NCBI GenBank assembly: GCA_050745985.1 | Contig: JBOGLG010000046.1 | Span: forward strand, 29,398-93,397 | DNA length: 64,000 nucleotides | Source of the DNA: Terriglobales bacterium | GTDB lineage: Bacteria; Acidobacteriota; Terriglobia; Terriglobales; Acidobacteriaceae | Direction of reading: 5' to 3' | Shown here: piece by piece, positions 27,247 through 35,628 of the stretch | Position numbering within the stretch: the first letter of the stretch is position 1 | Layout: each line of letters opens with the position of its first letter | Program-made: the position numbers and the translations under genes | The notes under the pieces: model-generated | What the model was told of the DNA's origin: nothing | Database searches by the model: none | The model's input: the letters and a program-made list of their open reading frames with translations, nothing else

Positions 27247-27666
27247 ATGGTGGAGCAGAAGATCCGCGTGCTGGTGGCGAAGCCGGGCCTTGATGGTCAC
27301 GACCGGGGCGCCAAGGTAATCGCGCGCGCGCTGCGGGACGCCGGCATGGAAGTCATTTATACCGGGCTTCGCCAAACGCCGGAGATGATTGTGACGGCTG
27401 CCTTGCAAGAAGACGCGAACGTGATCGGGCTTTCCATTCTTTCCGGCGCCCACAACGCCATCGTGCCCCGGGTGATGGATCTTCTCAAGCAGAACAAGAT
27501 GGACGATGTCGTGGTCGTGGTCGGAGGAATCATTCCCGACCAGGATATTGCAAATCTCAAGAACGCCGGAGTGGCGGCCATTTTCCAACCAGGAACCGCG
27601 ATGGATGAAATCGTTCAATTCATCCGCGCCAACGTCAAACCACGCGGCGTGCCTACAGCTGGTTGA
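27247..27666 (+). CDS. acyl-CoA mutase small subunit (cobalamin-binding domain)
   Basis: DxHxxG as GLDGHDRGA, SxL as GLSILSG, and GG as VVGGIIP. 139 aa. Confidence 0.9.
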   Translation: MVEQKIRVLVAKPGLDGHDRGAKVIARALRDAGMEVIYTGLRQTPEMIVTAALQEDANVIGLSILSGAHNAIVPRVMDLLKQNKMDDVVVVVGGIIPDQDIANLKNAGVAAIFQPGTAMDEIVQFIRANVKPRGVPTAG

Positions 27667-27669
27667 CCG

Positions 27670-28296
27670 GTGTCTGATCTTCACTTTCGCGTTGAGACTG
27701 TCACCGGGGCACGGATACTGCATCTGCTTTCTCACGACGGCACCAACCGTCTTACCCTGGCTCGCGTGCAGGCGATGATTGAAGTCTTTCAGCAGTGGCA
27801 TCAGGCGCCAGATCCCGTAATCGTTACCGGAAATCAGAAATTCTTTTCCGCAGGGGCGGATCTTGAGGAAATTCGGACTCTGGATGGCGTCGCGGCAATC
27901 GCCTTCGCGCAGAATGGTCAGCGACTCATGCGCCTCATTCAATGCTTTCCAGCCCCGGTCCACGCGGCGATTTCAGGTTACTGCATGGGTGGAGGGCTAG
28001 ATCTGGCGCTGGCGTGCCACCGGCGCTTTGCCGCTCCCAATGCTGTCTTCGGTCATCGCGGCACGGCGCTTGGCCTGATCACCGGCTGGGGCGGCACGCA
28101 GGCGCTGCCGAGATTGATCGGGAAGGCGAATGCGCTGTCCATCTTCATTACCGCCGAAAAGATGGGCGCCAACGAAGCGTTACAGCTCGGTTTGCTGGAT
28201 GCAGTCGCTGAAGATCCAGTAGCGGAAGCAGTGCTTCGATTCAAAGCTGAGACACACCCCGCCGCCGACTCACCGTGCAGCGGCGCCCAGCGTTGA
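27670..28296 (+). CDS. enoyl-CoA hydratase/isomerase (crotonase) family protein, short
   Basis: The GTG start lies 3 nt after the preceding stop. Crotonase oxyanion-hole segments FFSAGADLEE and GYCMGGGLDLALACH. At 208 aa it is shorter than typical crotonases. Confidence 0.8.
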   Translation: MSDLHFRVETVTGARILHLLSHDGTNRLTLARVQAMIEVFQQWHQAPDPVIVTGNQKFFSAGADLEEIRTLDGVAAIAFAQNGQRLMRLIQCFPAPVHAAISGYCMGGGLDLALACHRRFAAPNAVFGHRGTALGLITGWGGTQALPRLIGKANALSIFITAEKMGANEALQLGLLDAVAEDPVAEAVLRFKAETHPAADSPCSGAQR

Positions 28297-28360
28297 AGAG
28301 CCGAGGTTTGCGCACTTAAGCTGCGCTGTTATACCGTAAGTAACTTCAGGCGTTCTCTTC

Positions 28361-30061
28361 ATGGCCGATCGTATCGATATCAGCGCGGTTCAGACTTCCC
28401 CTGTCCTCGAAACCCGTATTGATCCGACTTCTCCGCGTTTTGAAGCCAACATGCGGTTCCTGGCCGATATGGTTTCGCAGGTTCGCAACGAAGAGGAGAA
28501 GATTCGTGAAGGTGGCGGACAAAAAGCCATCGAGAACCAGCACGGAAAGGGCCGCCTGACAGCGCGCGAACGTATCAATCTGTTGCTTGATCCTGGAACA
28601 TTTTTCGAGCTGGGATCATTCGCGGCCTACGGGATGTATGAAGATTGGGGCGGCGCTCCAGCAGCGGGGGTTGTAACCGGCCTGGGTCGCATTCATACGC
28701 GGCTGGTAATGGTCATTGCCAACGATGCCACAGTAAAGGCGGGCGCGTTCTTCCCCATGACTTCGAAGAAAGTCATTCGGGCGCAGAACATGGCTATTGA
28801 GAACCGGATTCCGACGGTCTATCTGGTTGACTCAGCCGGAGTATTTCTTCCTCTTCAAGAGGACGTGTTTCCCGACACTGACGACTTTGGCCGGGTTTTC
28901 CGCAACAATGCTGTGATGTCGGCGATGGGCATCAGCCAGATCGCCGCCATCATGGGCATGTGCGTAGCCGGCGGCGGATACCTGCCGGTGATGTGCGACC
29001 ACGTGCTCATGACCGAAGGCAGCGGACTCTTTCTCGCCGGACCGGCTTTGGTGCAGGCCGCGATTGGACAGAAAGTCTCAGCCGAAGAATTGGGCGGAGC
29101 TGCCATGCACTCTGCAATCAGCGGAACCGTTGACTTCCGCGAGCCCAACGATGAGGCTTGCATAACGCGGATTCGTTCCATCATCGAAAAGTGGGGATAC
29201 CGGCGGCAGTCTCCATGGGATCGCAAGAAACCCCAGGACCCGGCGCTGGCGGCAGAGGAAATCTATGGCATCTACGACTCCTCCCCGGCGCGTCCGTATG
29301 ACACCAAGGAAATTATCGCGCGCGTCGTCGATGGCAGCCGTTTCGACGAATACAAGGCGGAATACGGCAAAACGCTGATCTGCGGCTATGCCCGCATCGG
29401 CGGCTTTGCGGTCGGCATTGTGGCCAATCAGAAGCTGCATGCTCAGGCCACCGACCACGAAGGCCATAAACGCATGGAATTCGGCGGCGTCATCTACACG
29501 GAATCCGCCGAGAAGGCTGCACGCTTCATCATGGATTGCAATCAAAACCTCATCCCGCTGGTGTTTTTCCATGATGTAAATGGTTTCATGGTGGGCCGCG
29601 ATGCGGAGTGGACGGGAATCATCAAAGCCGGCGCGAAGATGGTGAATGCGGTGTCGAATTCCGTGGTGCCGAAGATCACGGTGATTGTGGGCGGTTCCTT
29701 TGGCGCCGGGCACTACGCCATGTGCGGCAAAGCCTACGATCCGCGCTTCGTGTTTGCCTGGCCGACCGCTCGCTATGCTGTGATGAGCGGCGATGCGGCG
29801 GCGGGGACCCTGGTCGAGATCAAGATTCGACAGTTGGAGCGGGGCGGCAAGAAGCTGAGCGACGAAGAGAAGAAGGAATTGTACGACTCGGTGAAGCGCA
29901 CCTACGATGAGCAGACCGATCCGCGCTACGGAGCGGCCCGGCTGTGGATCGACAAGATCATTGATCCCAGCGAGACGCGGGAAGCCATCACGCTGGCACT
30001 TGAAGCCGCATCGCTCAACCCGGATGTGCCGGAGTTCAAGGTGGGTGTGCTGCAAACCTAG
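28361..30061 (+). CDS. acyl-CoA carboxylase carboxyltransferase (beta) subunit, methylcrotonoyl-CoA carboxylase-like
   Basis: 566 aa. N-terminus ...RFEANMRFLADMV...GGGQKAIENQHGKGRLTARERINLLLDPGTFFELG and a duplicated crotonase-like CT fold (MGMCVAGGGYLP, GGSFGAGHYAMCG). Confidence 0.9.
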   Translation: MADRIDISAVQTSPVLETRIDPTSPRFEANMRFLADMVSQVRNEEEKIREGGGQKAIENQHGKGRLTARERINLLLDPGTFFELGSFAAYGMYEDWGGAPAAGVVTGLGRIHTRLVMVIANDATVKAGAFFPMTSKKVIRAQNMAIENRIPTVYLVDSAGVFLPLQEDVFPDTDDFGRVFRNNAVMSAMGISQIAAIMGMCVAGGGYLPVMCDHVLMTEGSGLFLAGPALVQAAIGQKVSAEELGGAAMHSAISGTVDFREPNDEACITRIRSIIEKWGYRRQSPWDRKKPQDPALAAEEIYGIYDSSPARPYDTKEIIARVVDGSRFDEYKAEYGKTLICGYARIGGFAVGIVANQKLHAQATDHEGHKRMEFGGVIYTESAEKAARFIMDCNQNLIPLVFFHDVNGFMVGRDAEWTGIIKAGAKMVNAVSNSVVPKITVIVGGSFGAGHYAMCGKAYDPRFVFAWPTARYAVMSGDAAAGTLVEIKIRQLERGGKKLSDEEKKELYDSVKRTYDEQTDPRYGAARLWIDKIIDPSETREAITLALEAASLNPDVPEFKVGVLQT

Positions 30062-30103
30062 GACCCACGGGTCACGCGGCGCAGCGGGAATTCAAATCAA
30101 CTC

Positions 30104-30985
30104 ATGTCTGAAACGGTCAAACTCATCGAGTGCCCGCGCGACGCCTGGCAGGGGCTGCAGGGGCAGATTCCCGCACACTTGAAGATTGACTATCTAAAGG
30201 CCGTGATCAGCGCGGGCTTCAAACACATTGATGCAGTTTCGTTTGTTTCCCCCAAGGCGGTCCCACAGATGGCGGACTCGGAAGAGGTGCTCAAGGAACT
30301 TGATCCGCCGGATGATGTGGAGATTATCGGCATCGTGGTAAATGAAAAAGGCGCGCAACGCGCCATCGCCACCAATGCGGTAAACACGCTGGGATTTCCC
30401 TATTCTGTTTCACCGACTTTTCTCCGCAACAACCAGCACCAAACTCTGGAAGAGGCCATCGACGAACTGGAAAAAATCCAAAACAAGAGCGACGATGCCG
30501 GGCTGGAGATTGTGGCCTACGTTTCGATGGCGTTCGGGAATCCCTATGGCGATGACTGGAGCGTCTCAGAAGTGGTAAACGCCGTCGACGTTCTTGAATC
30601 ATCGGGCATTCGCATGATTTCGTTGGCTGACACGGTTGGCATGGCCGGGCCCTTACAGATTCAGGAACTGGTATCGGCGGTAATGGCGAAGTTTGGCTAT
30701 CTCGAAATAGGCGTTCACCTGCACAGCCGACCCGACCAGGGTGCCGAGAAAGTTGTGGCGGCTTACGACGCAGGCTGCCGCCGTTTCGATTCCGCCCTGG
30801 GCGGGCTGGGAGGATGTCCGTTTGCCCAGGACGCACTGGTCGGCAACATTCCGACCGAGAAAGTAGTCGAGGCTCTTGCAGCACGCGGTGCGGCGTTACC
30901 TCCGCTGAAGCCGCTCGATGTGCTGCTGCGGGCCACGGCCGAGATCGGAGCCCGTTATACCGCGTCGCATCCCCACATCACGTGA
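30104..30985 (+). CDS. hydroxymethylglutaryl-CoA lyase-like (HMGL family)
   Basis: IECPRDAWQG...VSFVSPKAVPQMADS...IGVHLHSRPDQG...LGGLGGCPFA, a DRE-TIM lyase pattern. Confidence 0.85.
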   Translation: MSETVKLIECPRDAWQGLQGQIPAHLKIDYLKAVISAGFKHIDAVSFVSPKAVPQMADSEEVLKELDPPDDVEIIGIVVNEKGAQRAIATNAVNTLGFPYSVSPTFLRNNQHQTLEEAIDELEKIQNKSDDAGLEIVAYVSMAFGNPYGDDWSVSEVVNAVDVLESSGIRMISLADTVGMAGPLQIQELVSAVMAKFGYLEIGVHLHSRPDQGAEKVVAAYDAGCRRFDSALGGLGGCPFAQDALVGNIPTEKVVEALAARGAALPPLKPLDVLLRATAEIGARYTASHPHIT

Positions 30986-31020
30986 ATCATTGATAACATT
31001 GGGCGGACGATTTTTCTTTC

Positions 31021-31803
31021 ATGGCATATACCACTATTCAACTTGCGACCGATTCGAGCGTGGCTACGATAACGCTGAACCGGCCCGACAAGCGTAACGC
31101 CATCAGCTACGAGTTGATCGATGACCTGCGGGCGGCACTGGATGAGATCGTCAAGTCTTCCGCGCAGATCTTGATCCTCACCGGCGCGGGCAAGGCTTTC
31201 TGCTCCGGCATGGATCTGGAGAACCTGAAAGCGCTCACCGGACGGTCGCCGGAGCAAAGTCTTAAAGATTCTGAAATCATGGCAGGGCTCTTTCGCTCGG
31301 TCTACGACTTCCCCAAACCAACCATTGCCGCGGTGAACGGGGCTGCGATCGCCGGAGGCTGCGGATTGGCTACGCTCTGCGACTTTACCCTGGCGGTGCC
31401 GGAAGCAAAGTTTGGCTATACCGAAGTGCGGATCGGATTTGTGCCTGCTATCGTCTCCACATTTCTGTTGCGCCAAGTCGGGGAGAAGCATGCGCGTGAT
31501 CTGCTGTTGACCGGCAGAATCATTGATGCGGCCGAAGCGTATCGCATGGGATTAATCAACGAGATCGTAGCCGCAGAAAAACTGGTTCCCCGCGCCCTAG
31601 AACTGGCGGCACAACTCATGGAGAACAGCCCGGCTTCGCTGGCCAGCACCAAGCGCCTGTTGAGCGATCATGCCCGCCTGGAACTTGATGCGCAGATTCA
31701 AGCCGCCATCCGCGAGAACGCAGGGATCCGCTCGACTCACGATTTCCGCGAGGGGGTCTCCTCGTTTCTCGAAAAGCGCAAGCCTCAGTGGAGCGGCCGG
31801 TGA
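31021..31803 (+). CDS. enoyl-CoA hydratase (methylglutaconyl-CoA hydratase-like)
   Basis: 260-aa crotonase: ITLNRPDKRNAIS, FCSGMDLE, AAVNGAAIAGGCGLATLCDF. Confidence 0.9.
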   Translation: MAYTTIQLATDSSVATITLNRPDKRNAISYELIDDLRAALDEIVKSSAQILILTGAGKAFCSGMDLENLKALTGRSPEQSLKDSEIMAGLFRSVYDFPKPTIAAVNGAAIAGGCGLATLCDFTLAVPEAKFGYTEVRIGFVPAIVSTFLLRQVGEKHARDLLLTGRIIDAAEAYRMGLINEIVAAEKLVPRALELAAQLMENSPASLASTKRLLSDHARLELDAQIQAAIRENAGIRSTHDFREGVSSFLEKRKPQWSGR

Positions 31804-32249
31804 ACCCGGGCGGGAAGACGTCAATTCCGGTGGTGAACGAAGTTCGCCTGCGGGTGCGTTACGCCGAGACGGACCAGATGGGTGTGGCTTACCATTCCAA
31901 TCACTTCATATGGTTCGAAGTGGGGCGCGTGGAACTGATGCGGCAACTGGGGTTTTCATATAAGGACATGGAACGGAACGATGACTGCCACATGCCGGTC
32001 GTGGACGCTCGTTGCCGCTACCGGGTTCCCGTGGTTTACGATGAAGAAATCATCGTCCGGACACATTTGACGAATGTTCGTGAATCCATGGTGCACTTCA
32101 GCTACGAACTGCTGCGCGCGTCCGATAGCGTGCTGCTGGCCAGCGGTGAGACCAAGCACATCGCCGTTAACTCGGCCAAGAAAATTTCCGCGTTTCCCAG
32201 GAAATACCTGACAGCGCTGCGGACCGCGGCGGGGAAGCGACTGCTTTGA
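31788..32249 (+). CDS. acyl-CoA thioesterase (YbgC/4HBT hotdog family)
   Basis: VRYAETDQMGVAYHSNHFIWFEVGRVELMRQLG. An alternative GTG start at 31800 overlaps the upstream stop (GTGA). Confidence 0.85.
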   Translation: MERPVNPGGKTSIPVVNEVRLRVRYAETDQMGVAYHSNHFIWFEVGRVELMRQLGFSYKDMERNDDCHMPVVDARCRYRVPVVYDEEIIVRTHLTNVRESMVHFSYELLRASDSVLLASGETKHIAVNSAKKISAFPRKYLTALRTAAGKRLL

Positions 32250-33781
32250 ACGCTCTGCACATCAACGGGAACGACTTAACGCTCGAAGCGGTGCGCGAGG
32301 TTGCGGTCGGCCATCGACCCGTGCTGCTTGCTCCCGACGCCCGTGAAGCCGTGAAACGCGCCCGCACCGTGGTCGATACCCTAATTGCCAACAACAAAGT
32401 TTCCTATGCAATTACCACGGGTGTGGGGAAACTGAGCGATGTGCGCATCGCCGGCGAACAAATTCGCGAGATGCAGGTAAATCTCGTTCGCTCACATGCG
32501 GTGGGAGTGGGGGAACCATTGGCCGGGGCTGAGGTCCGGGCCATGATGTTGTTGCGGGCAAATTCGCTCTCCAAGGGCTACTCCGGCGTACGCACCGAAA
32601 CCATCGACACGCTTTGCGAGATGCTGAATCGCGGAGTCACGCCTTATGTACCGTCGCAGGGCAGCGTGGGCGCCAGCGGCGACCTCGCGCCCCTGGCCCA
32701 TCTGGCGCTGGCGTTGATTGGCGAAGGCGAATGTGTGGATGACAAGGGAATCCGCATTTCCACCCCCGACGCGCTGCGCCGGGCTCAGGTCAAACCGCTG
32801 GTTTTGGAGGCAAAGGAAGCAGTTTCACTGATCAATGGCACGCAAGGCATGTTGGCGGTCGGCGTCCTGGCATTGCTGGCGGCGGAAACGCTCATGGAGT
32901 CAGCCGATGTCATCGGCTCGCTCACCCTGGACGCGCTGCAAGGAACCGATGTGGCCTTTGACGAACGCATTCACCGCGCGCGACCGCATCCCGGCCAGTT
33001 GAAGACAGCAGAGAACCTGCGGCGCATGCTCGAAGGCAGCAAGATTCGTGAGTCGCACCGCGGCTGTGACCGGGTACAGGACGCCTATTCCTTGCGCTGC
33101 ATGCCACAGGTCCACGGCGCCGTACGCGATACTCTCGCCCACTGCCGCGAGGTGATGGAGACTGAAGTCAACTCAGCCGTGGATAATCCCCTGGTGTTTG
33201 TGAAGAACTTGAAAGAAAGCGATGGGCAGGGCGATGTGATCTCAGGCGGGAATTTTCACGGCGAGCCTGTAGCTTTCGCGCTGGATTTTCTCGGAATCGC
33301 CCTGAGCGCGCTGGCTGGAATTTCTGAACGCCGGCTGGAGCGGCTGGTGAATCCCGCGCTGAGCGAAGGCTTACCCCCGTTTCTGGCGGCGGGTGCGGGA
33401 CTGAATTCTGGTTTCATGATGCCGCAGGTCACAGCCGCGGCGCTGGTCAGCGAGAATAAAATCCTGGCGCATCCCGCCTCGGTGGATTCGATCACCACCT
33501 CGGGCAACAAAGAAGATTATGTTTCCATGGGGATGACTGCGTCACTAAAGCTGAAAAGGATCGCAGCCAACACCAACAACGTTCTGGCGATTGAGGCGAT
33601 GGCGGCGGCGCAAGCGCTCGACTTCCTGGCGCCGCTCAAACCCAGCAAGCGGGGACAAGCGGCGCACGCAGCGATCCGGTCAGTGAGTCCGACGATGGAT
33701 AAAGACCGGGTAATGTATCAGGATTTCGAGAGGATTGCGGAGTTGATTGCCAGCGGGAAGGTGGCTGAGGCGCTCAGGTAG
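32246..33781 (+). CDS. hutH: histidine ammonia-lyase
   Basis: MIO-forming triad ASG in GSVGASGDLAPLAHLA. The selectivity segment LVRSHAVG (Ser-His) is HAL-type. The TTG start overlaps the upstream stop (TTGA). Confidence 0.9.
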   Translation: MNALHINGNDLTLEAVREVAVGHRPVLLAPDAREAVKRARTVVDTLIANNKVSYAITTGVGKLSDVRIAGEQIREMQVNLVRSHAVGVGEPLAGAEVRAMMLLRANSLSKGYSGVRTETIDTLCEMLNRGVTPYVPSQGSVGASGDLAPLAHLALALIGEGECVDDKGIRISTPDALRRAQVKPLVLEAKEAVSLINGTQGMLAVGVLALLAAETLMESADVIGSLTLDALQGTDVAFDERIHRARPHPGQLKTAENLRRMLEGSKIRESHRGCDRVQDAYSLRCMPQVHGAVRDTLAHCREVMETEVNSAVDNPLVFVKNLKESDGQGDVISGGNFHGEPVAFALDFLGIALSALAGISERRLERLVNPALSEGLPPFLAAGAGLNSGFMMPQVTAAALVSENKILAHPASVDSITTSGNKEDYVSMGMTASLKLKRIAANTNNVLAIEAMAAAQALDFLAPLKPSKRGQAAHAAIRSVSPTMDKDRVMYQDFERIAELIASGKVAEALR

Positions 33782-33798
33782 TTTTTCCCGGTTTCGTC

Positions 33799-34707
33799 AT
33801 GAACTTCCGAATGATCGCTTGGCTTATGGTCATGCTGGCTCTTGGCGGAACCCCGGCCGCACAAGATACGCCAAGTTGCCTTTCGCCAACCATAGTGGTG
33901 AATGTTCGCGACCGGCAGAAAAACTTTGTGGTGGGACTGCAGGCATCATCGTTCCAAGTGCACATCAGAGATCATGATGCTGTCGTGCAATCGGTCAACA
34001 CCGCCAATGGGATCCACAGAATCGTGCTGCTAGTCGATCTTAGCGGGAGCATCAGCGGAGATAACCATACGTGGGAGCCAGCTAGGGCAGCCGCCAGGGA
34101 CCTGCTGCTCCAATCACCATTGGGCCTTCGGATTGCTCTGGTTTTGTTTTCAGATCACATAATCGACACCATCGGTTTTGATCGTCCTTCCGCAGACATC
34201 GTCGAGCGGCTCGCCAGGCTAGAGCCGGGAAAAGGACGTACGGCGCTTTTCGATGCATTGTCGTATGCAGCAGATCTGCTCGGCGCACCAATGCCAGGCG
34301 ACGCTGTCTATGTCGTTACAGATGGCGGCGACAACGTGAGTAAGACACATCCGGCTGACGTCAAGAGTAAATTCTTGAGCAGGAATATCAGACTGTTCGT
34401 ATTCTTGGTGCCATCGCATATGTCAACTCCCAACGAGGTAGCGTCGCTACCCGATTTCCTGGACCTTGGGACCGAAAGCGGGGGATCAGTCTTAGATCTA
34501 ACGGCATTTAGCTCGCGAACGAATTTGAACGCTGCTCTCGACAGGGTTTATGACGAAATGGCCAACTTTTATTTGCTCCGTTTGTCGATTTCGGGACGAT
34601 GGACCAAGAGAGAGCGTTTACGGATCAATGTGATTGACAGCGATGGAAAGAAACGAAAGGGGGTCGACACTTCTGTCCAGCAATTGTTGATGCCTTGCGT
34701 TCGATGA
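33799..34707 (+). CDS. secreted von Willebrand factor A domain protein (acidobacterial VWFA-related type)
   Basis: Signal peptide MNFRMIAWLMVMLALGGTPAAQ. MIDAS-like DLSGSIS in IVLLVDLSGSISGD, then TALFDAL...VVTDGGDN. Confidence 0.8.
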   Translation: MNFRMIAWLMVMLALGGTPAAQDTPSCLSPTIVVNVRDRQKNFVVGLQASSFQVHIRDHDAVVQSVNTANGIHRIVLLVDLSGSISGDNHTWEPARAAARDLLLQSPLGLRIALVLFSDHIIDTIGFDRPSADIVERLARLEPGKGRTALFDALSYAADLLGAPMPGDAVYVVTDGGDNVSKTHPADVKSKFLSRNIRLFVFLVPSHMSTPNEVASLPDFLDLGTESGGSVLDLTAFSSRTNLNAALDRVYDEMANFYLLRLSISGRWTKRERLRINVIDSDGKKRKGVDTSVQQLLMPCVR

Positions 34708-34737
34708 TCCCCACGGACGAGGGCGCCCGGCCCACAC

Positions 34738-35334
34738 TTAACTCGCTTTCACCGCGCTCCCATCCAGCCCCAGCTTCTCTCCAATCCCCTTCATAGCTTC
34801 GATGCAGAACGCGACATGCTCTTCCAAATCAATCCCCAAGTCCGCCGCGCCGTTGACAATGTCGTCACGGTTCACGCTGCGGGCGAAGGCTTTGTCTTTC
34901 ATCCTCTTGCGCACCGACCCGGCTTCGACCTCGGCCAGCGACTTCCCCGGCTTGACCAACGCACAGGCAGTAATGAATCCCGCCAGCTCATCGCAGGCAA
35001 ACAGGGCTTTTTCCATCGGAGAATCACGGGTCACGCCCGAATACTCGGCATGCGACATAATGGCCCGGCGGATTTCGTCGGGCCAGCCACGCTCTTTCAA
35101 AATCTCGTTGCCCTTGTAAGGATGGTCATCGAGGGTGGGATATTTCTCGTAATCGAAGTCGTGCAACAAGCCCACCACACCCCACAGCTCTTCATCTCCT
35201 CCAAGCTTGGCGGCATAAGCGCGCATGCAGACCTCGACCGACAAAGCATGTTTACGCAAGCTTTCCGACTGAGTGAACTCAGTTAGTAAACACCAGGCTT
35301 CTTCTCTGCCCTTCATATTCCTCTCACTTGACAT
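34738..35334 (-). CDS. HD-domain metal-dependent phosphohydrolase
   Basis: H...HD motif (LRKHALSVE...VGLLHDFDYEKYP). 198 aa. The second ATG at 35316, with GAGAGG upstream, is the more likely start. Confidence 0.85.
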   Translation of the reverse strand: MSSERNMKGREEAWCLLTEFTQSESLRKHALSVEVCMRAYAAKLGGDEELWGVVGLLHDFDYEKYPTLDDHPYKGNEILKERGWPDEIRRAIMSHAEYSGVTRDSPMEKALFACDELAGFITACALVKPGKSLAEVEAGSVRKRMKDKAFARSVNRDDIVNGAADLGIDLEEHVAFCIEAMKGIGEKLGLDGSAVKAS

Positions 35335-35471
35335 CCTATACCTGATACAAACCAGGCAAAGCGGCGATCCAGCGGGGCTTTCAGAGGATGCTCGATCAGC
35401 GAATCTTCCTCGTCTCTGCCCAAACTATTTCTGCGCAATCATCGTACCTTCGCTGGACCTTCGCCCACGAT

Positions 35472-35523
35472 CTTGACATCGGGCCTGCGATCTCACGGCG
35501 GAACGCTGATTTTACTTGACATC
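35472..35523 (+). promoter_or_regulatory. two direct CTTGACATC boxes (candidate -35 elements or operator repeats)
   Basis: CTTGACATC occurs at 35472-35480 and again at 35515-35523, 43 bp apart, in the divergent HD / XRE intergenic region. No convincing -10 follows either box. Confidence 0.3.
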
Positions 35524-35558
35524 CACAGCGCCTGTGCCTCAGATTACGCCACAGGTCT

Positions 35559-35588
35559 GGAACCAAGTACCTAGTTTGGTTCGTTTTT
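35559..35588 (+). terminator. terminator-like hairpin with alternative pairing partner just upstream of the XRE gene
   Basis: GAACCAA-gtacctagt-TTGGTTC followed by GTTTTT. A third segment, TTGGTTCC (35587-35594), could pair with the first arm instead. Weak stem of 7 bp with 3 GC pairs. Confidence 0.35.
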
Positions 35589-35628
35589 GGTTCCGTCGGG
35601 AAGCCCGCTCTGGCCCCTCCCAAACCTA

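Noticed and set aside
32246-33781. The ammonia-lyase considered as a phenylalanine/tyrosine ammonia-lyase or aminomutase feeding a secondary-metabolite pathway.
   Set aside because: The selectivity segment reads Ser-His (LVRSHAVG), as in histidine ammonia-lyases. No biosynthetic genes are adjacent.
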